The position numbers were made by a program, and so were the translations under genes. Below, piece after piece: positions 7,663 to 10,542 of a stretch of DNA of 10,542 bases. The stretch comes from an uncultured bacterium (GTDB taxonomy: Bacteria > Hydrogenedentota > Hydrogenedentia > Hydrogenedentales > JAEUWI01), in assembly GCA_963977445.1 (NCBI GenBank), contig CAXBPH010000244.1:1-10542 (forward strand), in the 5' to 3' direction. Positions within the stretch are counted from its first letter, which is position 1; each line of letters starts with the position of its first letter. Below the pieces are notes generated by a model. It saw only the letters and a list, made by a program, of their open reading frames with translations. It was not told where the DNA came from and did no database searches.

Positions 7663-9020
7663 ATGCGACAATTCGCCTTTTCCATCGTGATTGCATTGCT
7701 CACGTTCTCTACATCCGCCACAAGTGGTACGACCACAATAACCGAAAACAAGCCTATGCCAATACACATCGGCGCAGCCACGACCACCATTACTCCCCCG
7801 GTAGGGAGTTGGCAGCAGGGCGCGGGCATCGCCAAGAAAGGTGAATACATCCGCGACGAGTTGGAGGCCAATGTGCTCTATCTCACCGATGGCGTGACGC
7901 CCCTGCTCATTTTCAGTTGCGACCTCGTCGGACAACCCAGGCGCCTCCCCGTCAGGTGATTATCACCTGTACCCACACCCATTCCGGGCCCTCACTCCTC
8001 AAAACCAATTATCACATGCCTGTTGACCGGGACTATCTCGACACGTTGCAGCCCAAGCTGGTTACAATCGCGAAAGAAGCGGTCGCCAACGCGCAGCCGG
8101 GCAAACTGGGCTGGGGACAGGGTACGGCACAGATTGGCTACAACCGCCGGGTTTGCTGGGAAGATGGCACCCACTCCATGCATGGCGACACAAGCCGGGA
8201 GGACTTTGCCGGCCTGGAAGGCCCCGATGACCCCGCCCACCTTGCCCTGTTCGCCGCCGATAGTGAAAACAACCCTATCGCGGTGCTCTATCACAACACT
8301 TCTCACCCCACGAATTTCTATGCGGCCGGACTCTTCTCGGCGGACTATCCCGATGAAGCCAGGAAGATTCTGCGCGAAGAGCTGGGGACCATTCCCGTGC
8401 TCTATCTGAACGGTGCCCAGGGCGACATCAATATGAACAATCTACTGGAACCCAAAAAAGAGGATCGTGAGGAGCGGCTGAAACGTCTTGGTCGAATGCT
8501 CGCGGAAGAAACCCTCCGTCTCTATGAAAACGTCACCTACCACGAAGAGGTCCAACTCGGCCATGAGGTGGAGGACTTGCAAATCGGGGTCCGCCTGCCC
8601 GATGCGGAGGCCGTGGCGAAGGCCCAATCGGTACTCTCTCGGGTGGATTCCGGAGAGAACATTGCTGGCATGGACCTCATCCTCGCCTTCGGCACGGTCC
8701 ACCTCCAAGAGACCTATGGAGACAACCCGGTCGACACCCTGCCGGTCCACGCGATTCGCATCGGCGATGTGGCCCTGGTAACACAGCCCTGTGAGCTCTA
8801 TTGCCAGTTTGGACTCGACATTAAACGGCGAAGCCCTGCGGGCATTACGGCCGTCGTTGGGCTGGCCGATGGATACTGCGGCTATTGTCCCACCATCGCG
8901 GGCGTGCTCGGTGGCGGCTATTCGGGACAACCCATCAGTTGGACCCGTCTGGAGCCTTTTGCAGGCTATCGAATTGTGGAAGCGGCGGGCCCTATGCTGA
9001 ATCATCTCTGGCGAAACTAA
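7663..9020 (+). pseudogene. Frameshifted neutral/alkaline non-lysosomal ceramidase-like metallo-amidohydrolase (pseudogene or assembly error)
   Basis: Frame +1 from ATG 7663 (RBS AGGGAG 7646-7651; signal-like MRQFAFSIVIALLTFSTSA) gives IGAATTTITPP...IRDELEANVLYL...LLIFSCDLVG and stops at TGA 7957-7959. Frame +3 continues the same family from ~7932: PPRQVIITCTHTHSGP, GYNRR, SHPT, SADYP, NGAQGD, ELYCQFG..IK..SP, GLADGYxGYxPT, GGY, ending at TAA 9018-9020. Confidence 0.85.
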
Positions 9021-9065
9021 AAACGCCTAGCCAGGCGAAATCACAAATAGAAAGAAGGTATTACC

Positions 9066-10331
9066 ATGGAAAAAATTAAGCGACGCGGATTTTTCGGGCT
9101 CTTTGGAAAGGGCGCGGCCAGTGCGGTTCTTCTCGGGGTAACCGGTGCCACCCCGCCTGTAAGCGCGGCTGAAAAGGCCGCCAGTCCTGAAAAACTGACT
9201 ACCGATCGGGAAGATGGACGATTCGTGGACACGGCAGGATTCATTCAATCCTACATGAAAAACAATCCGCCCAAACTGGCCTTCGACCCGGCTATGAAGG
9301 CAGAAGATTTTCCTGTCTGGCAACAGCAAATTCGCGAAAAAATGCTCGAACTGATGGCATTTCCTGACGTTTCAGACTGTCCGCCCCCCAAGCGCATCTG
9401 GAAACGGGATAAGGATGGCTATGAACTACAACGGTGGGAAGCCTATCCCGAACCCGGTTGTGTCGTCCCTTTTCTCCTCCTCGTCCCCACGGGGGCCCGT
9501 TCCGGTTCTCCCGCGCCGGCCGTCATGTGCTTCCCGGGCTCCGGACATAGCAAAGAAGCCCTGGCGGGCGAGCCGGAACTGGACGGTTCCAAACCCAAGC
9601 CCGGAACGGAATGGAAATGGGAGGACAACCGTATGGCCCTCCATTTTGTAAAACAGGGCTACATCGCCTGCGCCGTGGACAACCCCGCCCGGTGTGAAGC
9701 GTCCAGTCCGGTGCGGAACTTCCTGGATGTCTCGGCCTGCGCGATCTGGACGGGCCGAAGCTATCTTGGCATCTCTGTTTTTCAAAAGGCCCACATCCTG
9801 GAATGGCTGGTCGAGCAACCCATGGTTGATGCCAAGCGCGTTGCGACGTGCGGCCACTCCCTGGGCTCCGACCCGGCAGATGCCTTAGGCCTGCTCTATC
9901 CCGACAAGGTTGCTGCCGTTATCCACAACGATTTCTGCTGTGACTGGCGTGAACGGGCAATCGCGCTCAACGCCTACCCCGGCGGCCTCCATCACAATGT
10001 ACCGGGAATGTTTGCCTGGTATGACGCGCCCGATCTCCAGGCCGCACTGGCACCACGCCCTCTCCTCTTTACAGAAGGCGGACGCACGCCCCAACTTAAC
10101 CACATCCGTGCCGCCTATGCTTTGACCCACGCCGGAGAGAACGTTGAAGTACAGTACTACAAAAAATATGCGACGCCGGAGCAGCGTCCGAAAGACACAG
10201 CTCCAATCGAAGAGGGCATCACGATGGAGGAATACTTTGAGTATGCCAACGTAGATCCCGAATTCCATTGTTTTCGGCCAACCCGTGCTCTGCCGTGGCT
10301 GAAAAAGATATTCGCACAAATCGAAAGCTAG
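9066..10331 (+). CDS. Tat-exported alpha/beta-hydrolase, Abhydrolase_7-like putative carbohydrate esterase
   Basis: 421-aa ORF with RBS AGAAGG at 9053-9058 and twin-arginine signal MEKIKRRGFFG...PVSA. Motifs: WEAYP..xVPFLLLVP, PAVMCFPGSGxSKExLAGEP, GYIACAVDNP, GHSLG nucleophile (9852-9866), LAPRP..TEGG, C-terminal NVDPxxHxF. These resemble the Bacteroides esterase-like family Abhydrolase_7. Confidence 0.88.
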   Translation: MEKIKRRGFFGLFGKGAASAVLLGVTGATPPVSAAEKAASPEKLTTDREDGRFVDTAGFIQSYMKNNPPKLAFDPAMKAEDFPVWQQQIREKMLELMAFPDVSDCPPPKRIWKRDKDGYELQRWEAYPEPGCVVPFLLLVPTGARSGSPAPAVMCFPGSGHSKEALAGEPELDGSKPKPGTEWKWEDNRMALHFVKQGYIACAVDNPARCEASSPVRNFLDVSACAIWTGRSYLGISVFQKAHILEWLVEQPMVDAKRVATCGHSLGSDPADALGLLYPDKVAAVIHNDFCCDWRERAIALNAYPGGLHHNVPGMFAWYDAPDLQAALAPRPLLFTEGGRTPQLNHIRAAYALTHAGENVEVQYYKKYATPEQRPKDTAPIEEGITMEEYFEYANVDPEFHCFRPTRALPWLKKIFAQIES

Positions 10332-10372
10332 TAATTCTCTGCATTGCAGCCGACGTACTTTGGGTCAACGTT

Positions 10373-10399
10373 CTGGATTCCCCCTTTGCGGGGCTGTCG
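10373..10399. repeat. Degenerate third copy of the same REP-like unit
   Basis: CTGGATTCCCCCTTTGCGGGGCTGTCG aligns to the right unit CTGGATCTCCGCCTTCGCGGAGATGACG in the same orientation, with several substitutions and a 1-nt gap. Confidence 0.65.
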
Positions 10400-10451
10400 T
10401 TTTAATACGCGGAGCTCGAATAAAGCCTACCAACCTGTATTGGCGCCACAA

Positions 10452-10537
10452 CGTCATTCCCGCGCAAGCGAGAAGCCAGTAGGTATACACGGTTTCTGTG
10501 TTCGCGTTACTGGATCTCCGCCTTCGCGGAGATGACG
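10452..10537. repeat. Inverted pair of CGTC-tagged REP-like palindromes (REPIN-like dimer)
   Basis: Left unit 10452-10481 CGTCATTCCCGCGCAAGCGAGAAGCCAGTA and the reverse complement of right unit 10508-10537 CGTCATCTCCGCGAAGGCGGAGATCCAGTA match at 22/30 positions. Each unit has an internal hairpin (right: ATCTCCGC-cttc-GCGGAGAT, perfect 8 bp). The 26-nt spacer contains its own ACACGG/CTGTGT hairpin. Confidence 0.85.
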
Positions 10538-10542
10538 GCAAC

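Noticed and set aside
7917..9020. Independent 367-aa gene starting at TTG 7917, or a programmed -1 frameshift
   Set aside because: There is no RBS, the N-terminal part of the domain lies in the upstream frame, there is no slippery heptamer, and residues appear to be missing at the junction.
9019..9037. Hairpin CGCCT-agcc-AGGCG with T5 on the minus strand as a terminator
   Set aside because: The stem is only 5 bp and the U-tract is on the non-coding strand between co-oriented genes. Too weak to call.
10344..10535. 63-aa ORF at the right end
   Set aside because: It has a TTG start without an RBS and simply translates through the palindromic repeats.

Overview
GC-rich bacterial window made up almost entirely of genes for exported proteins. 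From left to right: (1) the 3' end of a surface-type protein that runs in from the left edge, with a Gly-Glu repeat linker, a DM13 domain, two EF-hand loops and a 'GC...DLFLLG' C-terminal membrane tail. I associate this architecture with Candidatus Hydrogenedentes (inference, not verified). (2) Two tandem Cys-type sulfatases on the minus strand. (3) A ~270-nt divergent intergenic region. (4) A plus-strand run of four genes: a double alpha/beta-hydrolase with a CE15 glucuronoyl-esterase-like N-domain, a Tat-exported TolB-like beta-propeller, a frameshifted neutral/alkaline-ceramidase-like gene that appears to have an internal deletion, and a Tat-exported Abhydrolase_7-type esterase. (5) CGTC-tagged REP-like palindromic repeats at the right end. 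I see no rRNA, tRNA, CRISPR array, transposase, transporter or regulator. The best candidate for an undescribed system is the C-terminal Cys-plus-transmembrane tail of the first gene, a possible lineage-specific protein-sorting signal. All family assignments come from motif recognition by eye, not from database searches.
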